From Candidatus Terrybacteria bacterium (GTDB lineage Bacteria > Patescibacteriota > Minisyncoccia > UBA9983): DNA of 39,267 bases. The stretch lies in the NCBI GenBank assembly GCA_016208535.1, contig JACQXW010000021.1, positions 1 through 39,267 on the forward strand, given 5' to 3'. Below the pieces are notes generated by a model. It ran no database searches. It was not told the origin of the DNA and saw only the letters and a program-made list of their open reading frames with translations. This document shows, one piece after another, positions 25,208 through 32,996 of this stretch. Within the stretch, counting starts at the first letter, position 1, and each line of letters opens with the position of its first letter. Made by a program: the position numbers and the translations under genes.

Positions 25208-25843
25208 AAGTAAAACCTCGTCATTATAATGCTCTTCTACGAAATTTTTGTATTCTTGCGGATTTTTAAATTGATCTTCAATAATATTCTTTTTTAAAAG
25301 GTGTTGCCATCTGTTTTCCGAAATAAAATCCCGATAACTTGACCAAGGATATTTTTCTTCTTTATTTTTCCAAGATAGAAGATCTTTGCTGTTTTTATGA
25401 ATATAAGATGAAAGAACAAGCAAATATTCATTGCTATCGATATGCTTTGAATTAAATTTATTTTCAAAAAGGTGCCCCCTTCTGTCATATTTTAGATTGA
25501 AATATTTTGAGTGGCTTACTAAAATTCGATGCAGATATTTTGGTATATTAGCATTGCCTCGTTCACCTAATAAAAGATGAAAATGAGTAGGCATTAAACA
25601 AAAACAAACAATATCAACAAGCTTTTTGCCTAAATCTATCTTATCATTTGCAATGTCCCAAACCAGGTTTAGGTCAACACATCTATCAAGGCGAGGAATG
25701 GTTTTCGTCCCATTTGCAGAAAAAATTAAAGTCAAAAATCTTTGATAATCTCTTTCATTGCGAAAAATTTCTAAATTGCCTATACTATGGGCGTATATAT
25801 GATAAAATTCTCCTTGAACAAAACTATGTGGTCTTATGCTCAT
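25205..25843 (-). CDS. IS200/IS605-type Y1 (HUH) transposase, REP-associated tyrosine transposase-like
   Basis: 212 aa; YHIYAHS, CFCLMPTHFHLLL (HUH), YFNLKYDRRGHLFENKF, YIHKN, YPWSSY. There is no TnpB partner. Confidence 0.8.
   Translation of the reverse strand: MSIRPHSFVQGEFYHIYAHSIGNLEIFRNERDYQRFLTLIFSANGTKTIPRLDRCVDLNLVWDIANDKIDLGKKLVDIVCFCLMPTHFHLLLGERGNANIPKYLHRILVSHSKYFNLKYDRRGHLFENKFNSKHIDSNEYLLVLSSYIHKNSKDLLSWKNKEEKYPWSSYRDFISENRWQHLLKKNIIEDQFKNPQEYKNFVEEHYNDEVLL
25654..25676. repeat. third copy of the REP-like hairpin (22/23) inside the transposase ORF
   Basis: tgtcccaaaccaggtttaggtca, in the same orientation as the left copy. It is in frame and encodes VDLNLVWDI. Confidence 0.75.
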
Positions 25844-25857
25844 ATAAGTTTATTTTA

Positions 25858-25880
25858 TGACCTAAACCTGGTTTGGGTCA
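25858..25880. repeat. REP-like hairpin tgacctaaacctggtttgggtca (right end)
   Basis: Exact reverse complement of 25185-25207. Confidence 0.8.
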
Positions 25881-25923
25881 AGGGGTTATGTTTGACTAAT
25901 TTAAAAATATGGTATCATAGAAA

Positions 25924-27291
25924 ATGACTATGGCAAAAGAGGTTATAAAAAACAGCAAATTGCGGATGCCGCCGCATAATCTGGAGGCGGAAAAGTCGGT
26001 TTTGGGCTCTTTGATGCTGGATTCCAAAGCCATCAATATTATTGTTGACATCCTCAAGCCGGAAGATTTTTACCATCAAAAACACCAGTTAATATACCAG
26101 GCAATGTTTGATCTCTATGAGAAAAAAGAACCCATTGACGTTCTTTCTGTTTCCAGCCGCCTGAAAGAGAAAAAAATTCTTGATGAAATTGGCGGGCATT
26201 CTTATCTGGCCGAGTTGGTAAATTGCGTTCCCACCGCCAGCAACGCGAAACACTACGCGGAAATTGTCCAGAAAAAAAGCGTCTTAAGAAATTTAATTGA
26301 ATCATCAGACCATATCTGCCAACTGGGATATAACGAGGAGGATGAAATTGATGAAATTCTTGATGAGGCAGAAAAGAAAATTTTCAGCATCGCCCGATTT
26401 TCCATAAAACAGAGATTTTTAAAAATTAAACACGCATTGGAAGAGGCTTGGGAGCGTTTTGACCGGATGTATAAATCAAAAGGAGAGTTGCGCGGCATTC
26501 CCACTGGATTTCCGGAGTTAGATAATTTGCTTGCCGGCTTCCAAAAATCAGACTTAATTATTTTGGCTGCCCGGCCCTCTGTTGGAAAAACGTCTTTGGC
26601 TCTTGATATTGCCCGCAACGTCGCCTGTAAATACAATATTCCCGTCGGCATTTTTAGTTTAGAAATGTCATCTCAGCAACTCACAGACCGCCTTTTGGCG
26701 GCTCAGGCGCATATCGATTCCTGGAAATTGCGCACCGGCCGGCTTTCCAATGACGATGAATTTACAAGAATAAGAGACGCCTTGGATACCCTTGCCTCTG
26801 CGCCGATTTTTATTGATGACGAGGCCTCAAACAATATTATGCAGATGCGAGCAAAGGCAAGACGTCTGCAGGCAGAACACAACCTCGGTCTTCTGATTGT
26901 GGATTATATTCAATTAATGGTCCCCCGGCAAAAGACAGAAAACCTTGTCCAGCAAATGACTGAAATTTCCCGGTCATTAAAGGGGTTGGCGCGCGAATTA
27001 GAGGTGCCTATCTTGGCCCTCTCTCAACTCTCCAGGGCTGTGGAAAGCCGCAATCCTCCCATCCCAAAACTGCATGACTTGCGCGACTCCGGCAGTATTG
27101 AACAAGATGCCGATGTGGTAATGTTTATTTACCGCGAGGACAGATATAAGGAAAATACTGACAATCAAAATATTGCCGATATTTTGATTGAAAAACACAG
27201 AAACGGGCCTTTGGGAAGAATTAAATTGTATTTCAATCCTAAAAAGGTAAGTTTTTCCAGTATAGAAAAAGGTGATTTCAGCAGTATATAA
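25924..27291 (+). CDS. dnaB: replicative DNA helicase DnaB
   Basis: 455 aa; PPHNLEAEKSVLGS, Walker A ARPSVGKTS, LIVDYIQLM, SQLSR, RDSGSIEQDAD. Confidence 0.95.
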   Translation: MTMAKEVIKNSKLRMPPHNLEAEKSVLGSLMLDSKAINIIVDILKPEDFYHQKHQLIYQAMFDLYEKKEPIDVLSVSSRLKEKKILDEIGGHSYLAELVNCVPTASNAKHYAEIVQKKSVLRNLIESSDHICQLGYNEEDEIDEILDEAEKKIFSIARFSIKQRFLKIKHALEEAWERFDRMYKSKGELRGIPTGFPELDNLLAGFQKSDLIILAARPSVGKTSLALDIARNVACKYNIPVGIFSLEMSSQQLTDRLLAAQAHIDSWKLRTGRLSNDDEFTRIRDALDTLASAPIFIDDEASNNIMQMRAKARRLQAEHNLGLLIVDYIQLMVPRQKTENLVQQMTEISRSLKGLARELEVPILALSQLSRAVESRNPPIPKLHDLRDSGSIEQDADVVMFIYREDRYKENTDNQNIADILIEKHRNGPLGRIKLYFNPKKVSFSSIEKGDFSSI

Positions 27292-27292
27292 T

Positions 27293-27910
27293 ATGTCGTT
27301 AGACGGATTAATTGAATATTTTTTGAAGTTTCCGGGTGTGGGGCCGAGGCAGGCGAAGAGATTCGCCTATTTTTTGGCCGGGGAAAGCGAAAGGTTTGCA
27401 AAAAATCTTAGCCAGGCTATTTTGGAAATTAAAAACAGCGTCAAGCAATGCTCTCTCTGTTTTAGATTTTATCAAAATGGCGCGAATGGAAAATGCAATA
27501 TTTGCTCAAATCTAAACCGCAATAAATCTTTACTAATGGTGGTGGAAAAAGATGTTGATTTGGAAAATATAGAAAGAACGAACATTTACAACGGCAGATA
27601 TTTTGTTTTAGGAGGGGTGATTTCTTTGAACGCTAAAAACAACATAGACAACTTGCGATTCAAGCAATTGTTCGACTTAACGAAAGATGAAAAACCAAAA
27701 GAAATAATTTTGGCGCTAAGCGCCACTATTGAAGGAGAAAACACGGTCCGTTATGCGGAGAAAATTTTAGAGCCATTATCCTCCAAGGCTGGACAAGAAA
27801 TTAAAATCAGCAAACTTGGCCGCGGGCTTTCCACAGGCACCGAGCTGGAATATATAGACAGCGAAACAATGTCCAACGCGCTGAAAAACCGCACAATCTC
27901 TGTATTATAA
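27293..27910 (+). CDS. recR: recombination protein RecR
   Basis: FPGVGPRQAKRFAYFL, a C4 zinc finger (CSLC...CNIC) and a Toprim region. The start at 27293 lies directly after the dnaB stop. Confidence 0.92.
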   Translation: MSLDGLIEYFLKFPGVGPRQAKRFAYFLAGESERFAKNLSQAILEIKNSVKQCSLCFRFYQNGANGKCNICSNLNRNKSLLMVVEKDVDLENIERTNIYNGRYFVLGGVISLNAKNNIDNLRFKQLFDLTKDEKPKEIILALSATIEGENTVRYAEKILEPLSSKAGQEIKISKLGRGLSTGTELEYIDSETMSNALKNRTISVL

Positions 27911-29871
27911 TGAAACTTATAATTGTTGAATCACCAACAAAGGCAAAAACTATCAGCCGCTTTCTAAGCGGTGATTTTAAGGTTGAATCTTCTTATGGCC
28001 ATATTCGCGATCTGCCGAAATCAAAACTTGGAATCGATGTTGAAAAAAATTTTGAACCGACTTATGTCATTCCCACAAAATCGCGCAAACGAGTAAATGA
28101 ACTAAAAAAAGAGGCTGAGAAATCTCAGGAGGTGATCTTGGCAACTGATGAGGACCGCGAGGGAGAAGCCATTGCCTGGCATCTTACCAAAGCCCTAAGT
28201 TTGGAAAGCGCGAAACGCATTGTTTTTCATGAGATTACGGAAAGCGCCATAAAAGAGGCGTTAAAAAATCCTCGCGATATTGATTTAAATCTTGTTGACA
28301 GCCAGCAGGCGCGAAGAATTTTGGACCGCTTGGTCGGCTATGAACTATCCCCTTTCCTATGGAAGAAAGTTTTTAAAGGGCTTTCTGCCGGCCGAGTGCA
28401 GTCCGTGGCTGTCCGTCTCATTGTTGACAGAGAACGGGAAATAGAGGCGTTTAAACCAGAGGAATACTGGTCAATCATCGCTACACTCCTTAAAGTTAAA
28501 TCTCAAATCTTAAATCTTTTTGAGGCGAAATTGATTAAAAAAAATGATAAGATTCTGGACAAACTGGAAATTAAAAACAAAGAAGAGGCTGATAAAATTC
28601 TTAATGATTTAAATGGCGCGGAATATAAGGTTGAAAAAATAGAGAAAAAAGAAACTAGAAGACAGCCAAAGCCAGCGTTCACCACCAGCACTCTCCAGCA
28701 AGAGGCGGTAAACAAACTGCACTGGTCAGCCAAACAAATAATGATACTCGCTCAGCAATTGTACGAAAGCGGCTTCATCACGTATATGAGAACAGACTCA
28801 GTCAATCTCTCTGAAGAATCTTTAAAATCTGCAAAACAGGTTATTGAAAAAAATTTTGGCAAAGAATTTTCTTTAACCGAGCCGCGCCGATTCAAAACAA
28901 AATCAAAATTCAGCCAAGAGGCGCATGAAGCAATCAGGCCTTCTAATCCGGAAAACACTCCGCAAGATTTAAAAGACAAACTAGATGCCAAACAGCACAA
29001 ACTTTATGATTTAATATGGCGCAGATTCATCGCCTGCCAGATGAAAGAAGCGATTTTTGATTCCACGACAATTGATATTATTGCGAAAAATTATACTTTT
29101 CGCGCCACTGGTTCAATTATGAAATTTGACGGCTGGATGAAAGCTGTCGGAAACTCGGTTTCCGACATTTTATTGCCGGAATTATCTGAAAACGAGATTC
29201 TTGAACTAATTAAACTTTTACCTAACCAGCACTTTACCGAGCCGTTGCCGCGTTACAGCGAAGCCGCGCTCATCAAGGCACTAGAAGAATACGGCATCGG
29301 CCGGCCTTCCACTTACGCGCCCACTATTTCTACCATCCAGACGCGCAATTATGTGGAGAAAAACGAACAAAAGAAATTTATTCCCACAGAAACAGGTGTT
29401 ATTGTGAATAATCTGCTGGTGGAGCATTTTCCGGAAGTGGTTGATATGGGATTTACCGCAAAAATAGAAGATGACTTAGATGAGATTGCTGAAGGAAAAA
29501 TAAAATGGGCGCCAGTAATAAGAGAATTTTATGAGCCGTTTCATAAACATCTTGAGGAGAAATACGAAAGCGTGGAAAAACAAACCACTGACGAAGAAAC
29601 AGAAGAAATTTGCGAAAAATGCGGCAAGCCGATGGTGATAAAGCACGGCCGGTTCGGAAAATTCCTCGCCTGCTCAGGATTCCCAGAATGTAAAAACGCA
29701 AGGGCAATCAAAAAAGCGCCGGAAACAATTGGAATGAGATGTCCGAAATGTAATGAGGGCGATGTTGTTATAAAACGCACCAAGCATAAGAGAATTTTTT
29801 ATGGATGTTCAAGATGGCCAGAATGCGATTTCGCCTCATGGCAGAATCCGAAAAAAGAAACTGCCACCTAG
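27910..29871 (+). CDS. topA: DNA topoisomerase I
   Basis: 653 aa; Toprim LIIVESPTKAKTI, DEDREGEAI, YITYMRTDS (catalytic Tyr) and C-terminal Zn-ribbon repeats. Confidence 0.95.
   Translation: MKLIIVESPTKAKTISRFLSGDFKVESSYGHIRDLPKSKLGIDVEKNFEPTYVIPTKSRKRVNELKKEAEKSQEVILATDEDREGEAIAWHLTKALSLESAKRIVFHEITESAIKEALKNPRDIDLNLVDSQQARRILDRLVGYELSPFLWKKVFKGLSAGRVQSVAVRLIVDREREIEAFKPEEYWSIIATLLKVKSQILNLFEAKLIKKNDKILDKLEIKNKEEADKILNDLNGAEYKVEKIEKKETRRQPKPAFTTSTLQQEAVNKLHWSAKQIMILAQQLYESGFITYMRTDSVNLSEESLKSAKQVIEKNFGKEFSLTEPRRFKTKSKFSQEAHEAIRPSNPENTPQDLKDKLDAKQHKLYDLIWRRFIACQMKEAIFDSTTIDIIAKNYTFRATGSIMKFDGWMKAVGNSVSDILLPELSENEILELIKLLPNQHFTEPLPRYSEAALIKALEEYGIGRPSTYAPTISTIQTRNYVEKNEQKKFIPTETGVIVNNLLVEHFPEVVDMGFTAKIEDDLDEIAEGKIKWAPVIREFYEPFHKHLEEKYESVEKQTTDEETEEICEKCGKPMVIKHGRFGKFLACSGFPECKNARAIKKAPETIGMRCPKCNEGDVVIKRTKHKRIFYGCSRWPECDFASWQNPKKETAT
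28497..28517. repeat. short heptamer run taaatct caaatct taaatct inside topA
   Basis: Only three units, related to the TTTGAGA/AGATTTR family. This is weak evidence for an insertion. Confidence 0.4.
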
Positions 29872-29878
29872 GTGGCAG
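29861..29878. repeat. perfect 18-nt palindrome ctgccacctaggtggcag holding two convergent stop codons
   Basis: The topA stop TAG is at 29869-29871. The minus-strand ORF stop is at 29868-70. Both use the central CCTAGG, and both proteins end in TAT*. Confidence 0.75.
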
Positions 29879-30041
29879 TGATTGGACTCGTTGGAGATTT
29901 CGAAGCAGTTTTGATTATTCCAGGATAAGAATATAGAGCATTGCAATGCAAGCATTGCGTAGGCGGAAAGCGCGGGTCGTAAATCTCTATTCTTCCACAC
30001 CCAGAACATCTACTTGTTATTAAAAGAGATTTTGCTTTCAT
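29868..30041 (-). CDS. hypothetical 57-aa zinc-ribbon protein
   Basis: MKAKSLLITSRCSGCGRIEIY...CLHCN (CxxC x2). The start at 30041 is chosen because AAGGAGGG sits 5 nt upstream. The longer ORF to 30137 has no RBS. Confidence 0.5.
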   Translation of the reverse strand: MKAKSLLITSRCSGCGRIEIYDPRFPPTQCLHCNALYSYPGIIKTASKSPTSPITAT

Positions 30042-30204
30042 CTCACCCTCCTTTGTTTTAAAAAGTTCTAATTTTGGTCGAGGCGGCTGAGTCGCACAAC
30101 AAACCTCAACTTTCCTTCTTTTTTTGACTAAGGCCATATAGATGAGGACTTCCTCCCCGCCCCGTGTTTATTTCTGTCTGATTGAGAGTATACTGTATAG
30201 TAAT

Positions 30205-31719
30205 ATGGAAGTCAACCCCGTTAGAAGTAATCAATCAAAGATTGATGCCGAAATGTCAAAGACATTTCGGACTTCTAACGGGGTCAATGAAATTATCCAC
30301 ATCTTAAAAAACCCTTCAAAGAACGATATTGAACTAATTACTCGCGCCTTTGAATTTGCAAGGCAGGCGCATAAAGACCAAAAAAGATTTTCCAACGAGC
30401 CGTATTTTATCCATCCTTTTGAAACCGCAAAAACACTCAGCCATCTCCAGCTTGGCGCAAAGATGATTGCTGCCGGGCTTCTTCACGATGTCTATGAAGA
30501 CACTGGCGTAACGGAAAAAGAAATAAAAAAAGAATTCGGCGAAGAAATCGCCTTTTTAATAGAGGGAGCCACAAAACTCGGCACTTTGAAATATAGGGGT
30601 ATTGAACGCCAAATTGAAAACCTCCGCAAGATGTTTTTGGCAATGGCAAAGGATATCCGCGTGGTTCTTATCAAACTTGCCGACCGACTGCATAATATGA
30701 AAACTTTACAGTACGTGCCTAAAGAAAAACAAATAAGAATTGCCAAAGAAACTCTTGAGATCTATGCTCCTCTGGCAAGCCGGCTGGGAATGGGAGAAAT
30801 TAAAGGCCAGCTCGAAGATCTTGCCTTTCCCTACGTTTATCCTGAAAAATACAAAAAGGTAATGGAAGCAATAAAGGGAAAATATGAAGAAAAAGAAAAG
30901 AAACTCTCAAAAGTCAGACACGAAATAGAGAAAGAACTGAAAAAAAATAACATCCAGCCGGTAAAAATCGATTCCAGGGTAAAACACATCTATAGTTTAT
31001 TTAAAAAACTCCAACGGCCTGAGGTGAATATGAACATAAATAATGTTTATGACCTGATTGCCTTGAGAATTTTGGTTGAAACCGTGGAAGAATGCTATAA
31101 GATATTGGGCATAATTCACACTCTCTGGAAACCGTTACCCGGCAGAATAAAAGATTATATTGCCGTGTCAAAGCCCAATGGATACCAAAGTATTCATACC
31201 ACAATTTTTGCCACTGAGGGCGAAATAACCGAAATCCAAATCAGGACGGAAAAAATGCACGAGGAGGCGGAACACGGAATCGCCGCGCATTGGGCCTATA
31301 CCGAATCAGGAAAACCGGATGAGGGCGGAAAATTCCACCCTCATCTTGCCTGGGTCAATCAGCTGATAGAATGGCAAAAGAGCATCTCCCAATCAAAAGA
31401 TTTCTTGGAAACTTTAAGAATAGATTTTTTTAAGGACAGAGTTTTTTGCTTTACACCCAAGGGCGACGTGATTGATCTGCCAGAAGGCGCCACAGCCATT
31501 GACTTTGCCTATGCCGTGCATACCGAAATCGGCAACACTGCGATTGGCGCTATGGTAAACAATAAATTTGTCTCTCTTGATTCTGTTCTTAAAAACGGAG
31601 ATATTGTGGAAATAAAAACCCAGAAAAATAAAAAGCCCAGTATGGAGTGGCTGGGACATACCAAAACTTCGTTTGCCAGAAAACAAATTAAATCAGCGCG
31701 CCGCCTGCTACCCGATTAA
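30205..31719 (+). CDS. rel: bifunctional (p)ppGpp synthetase/hydrolase (RelA/SpoT homolog)
   Basis: HD domain (HDVYEDT), synthetase block (RIKDYIAVSKPNGYQSIHT) and TGS domain (FTPKGDVIDLPEGATAIDFAYAVHTEIG). It has no long ACT-type C-terminus. The start is uncertain (30205 or 30253). Confidence 0.9.
   Translation: MEVNPVRSNQSKIDAEMSKTFRTSNGVNEIIHILKNPSKNDIELITRAFEFARQAHKDQKRFSNEPYFIHPFETAKTLSHLQLGAKMIAAGLLHDVYEDTGVTEKEIKKEFGEEIAFLIEGATKLGTLKYRGIERQIENLRKMFLAMAKDIRVVLIKLADRLHNMKTLQYVPKEKQIRIAKETLEIYAPLASRLGMGEIKGQLEDLAFPYVYPEKYKKVMEAIKGKYEEKEKKLSKVRHEIEKELKKNNIQPVKIDSRVKHIYSLFKKLQRPEVNMNINNVYDLIALRILVETVEECYKILGIIHTLWKPLPGRIKDYIAVSKPNGYQSIHTTIFATEGEITEIQIRTEKMHEEAEHGIAAHWAYTESGKPDEGGKFHPHLAWVNQLIEWQKSISQSKDFLETLRIDFFKDRVFCFTPKGDVIDLPEGATAIDFAYAVHTEIGNTAIGAMVNNKFVSLDSVLKNGDIVEIKTQKNKKPSMEWLGHTKTSFARKQIKSARRLLPD
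30215..30284. repeat. 70-nt mismatch-free nested hairpin at the 5' end of the rel ORF
   Basis: P1 30215-30228/30271-30284 (14 bp). P2 30230-30236/30240-30246 (7 bp, loop aaa). P3 30248-30257/30261-30270 (10 bp, loop aaa). Confidence 0.8.
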
Positions 31720-32481
31720 AAAAAGTCTGTAAATCTTATCGCCCTCCTTTTCTATCCGCACCTTTGTAGCCAAGGCATCAGAAAGTTTTTGTTCCAATGA
31801 TTTAATTTCAGGGTCAATTTCTGTTTTTCTGGCCCTTTCCACTGCAATGGTTCTGGAAATTTTCTCAGCCATCCGCACATTTATTTTTTTATTCACAATA
31901 TCTTGAAAAAGCTGCATCTGCTCCTCTCTCCTCTCGGAAAGCATCAATATCGGACGGCAATGACCCTCGCTGATTTCTCCTTTAATCAGGGCGGTTTGCA
32001 CCTCCTCGGGCAATAAAAGCAGGCGAACGGTATTGGTGACATATTCGCGGCTCTTGCCTATTTTTTCCGCAATTTCATGATGCCTCAGTTTAAATTCATC
32101 GCTAAGTTTTTTAAAGGCCTTGGCCCGCTCAATGGGATTGAGGTCCTCGCGCTGAAGATTTTCAATAATGGCAAGTTCCAATTTAATTTTATCCTCTGTG
32201 TCGTCGCGGATGATGATGGGGACCTGAATGAGACCGGCAATCTGGCTGGCCCGCAATCTGCGCTCGCCTGAGATGAGTTCGTATTCCACATCAGTTCCCC
32301 TTTTGGTTTCAATTTCCTTTCTGGTGACAAGGAGGGGCTGGAGAACTCCGTATTGCCTGATTGATTCCGCGAGGTCGTGAAGCCGGCTGTCGTCAAAATC
32401 TTGCCGCGGCTGCATGGGATTGGGTTTGATTTTATCAATCTCTATCCAAAAAATTCTTTCATATCTTTTTGGTTTGTTCAT
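31708..32481 (-). CDS. parB: chromosome partitioning protein ParB/Spo0J
   Basis: 257 aa; GVLQPLLV, ISGERRLRASQIAG and an HTH region. There is no adjacent parA. Confidence 0.9.
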   Translation of the reverse strand: MNKPKRYERIFWIEIDKIKPNPMQPRQDFDDSRLHDLAESIRQYGVLQPLLVTRKEIETKRGTDVEYELISGERRLRASQIAGLIQVPIIIRDDTEDKIKLELAIIENLQREDLNPIERAKAFKKLSDEFKLRHHEIAEKIGKSREYVTNTVRLLLLPEEVQTALIKGEISEGHCRPILMLSERREEQMQLFQDIVNKKINVRMAEKISRTIAVERARKTEIDPEIKSLEQKLSDALATKVRIEKEGDKIYRLFLIG

Positions 32482-32546
32482 ATAATTTTATTTTATAAAA
32501 ATTGATTTTGAAATGCAAATTTGATATATTTAAAAAATAGTTTTTC

Positions 32547-32667
32547 TTGCCCGGGTGGCGGAACCCGCCGAAGGCGGGCAAGTCCGCCTTAGGCGGGCAA
32601 GTTGGCAGATTTAGTCGCCTTTGGCGACCGCGCACGATTCGCCTACGGCGCATAAACTCAAAATCGT
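32547..32667 (+). pseudogene. copy of nt 1-43 of tRNA-Leu(CAA) split by 38-, 19- and 19-nt hairpin insertions
   Basis: Blocks 32547-32563, 32602-32609, 32629-32637 and 32657-32667 match 32909-32953 at 45/45 nt. Insertions lie at 32564-32601, 32610-32628 and 32638-32656. Confidence 0.8.
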
Positions 32668-32904
32668 ATGATATTTTTATATATTATAGAAAGTAAAAAT
32701 AAGAAATTCAGATATGTGGGTATAACAAAGAACATTAAAAAACGATTTGAGCAACATAATAATGGTTTTAATTTGAGCACGAAAGGATTTAGACCATTTG
32801 AATTAATTTTAACCGAAGAATTTAATAATTATAAAGAAGCGCGAAAAAGAGAAATATTTTTAAAAAGCGGGGTTGGCAGAAAGTTATTAGATAGTTTAAA
32901 ATAA
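32668..32904 (+). CDS. GIY-YIG nuclease domain protein (stand-alone catalytic domain, 78 aa)
   Basis: FLYIIES.....YVGITKNIKKRFEQHN.G (GIY...YVG...R..EH), plus a conserved E in KREIFLK. Confidence 0.8.
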   Translation: MIFLYIIESKNKKFRYVGITKNIKKRFEQHNNGFNLSTKGFRPFELILTEEFNNYKEARKREIFLKSGVGRKLLDSLK

Positions 32905-32910
32905 AACATT

Positions 32911-32994
<84 letters not shown>

Positions 32995-32996
32995 TA

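Larger units (their letters stand above)
25169..25887 (-). mobile_element. RAYT / IS200-like unit: Y1 transposase gene bracketed by inverted REP-like hairpins
   Basis: Exact inverted 23-nt hairpins at 25185-25207 and 25858-25880, with extended flanks cccttgaccc / gggtcaagggg. It sits between gltX and dnaB. Confidence 0.6.

Noticed and set aside
30142-30204. Longer rel ORF start at 30142 (MRTSSPPRVYFCLIESILYSN...), and longer starts of the 8965, 15173, 16084, 7113, 27272 and 32952 ORFs
   Set aside because: The N-terminal extensions overlap upstream genes, terminators or a tRNA and have no homology-like sequence. Internal ATGs (30205, 9046, 15107, 16012, 7170, 27293, 32997) coincide with the canonical N-termini of the families.
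31708-32546. Search for a parS site (TGTTNCACGTGAAACA-like) near parB
   Set aside because: I found no CACGTG-centred 16-mer or close variant in or around parB, or elsewhere in the window.
32459-32653. 64-aa Arg-rich minus-strand ORF (MRRRRIVRGRQRRL...) and the plus-strand ORF 32909-33091
   Set aside because: Both are read through the GC-rich hairpin insertions or the tRNA-Leu gene itself. Their open frames are a by-product of those sequences.
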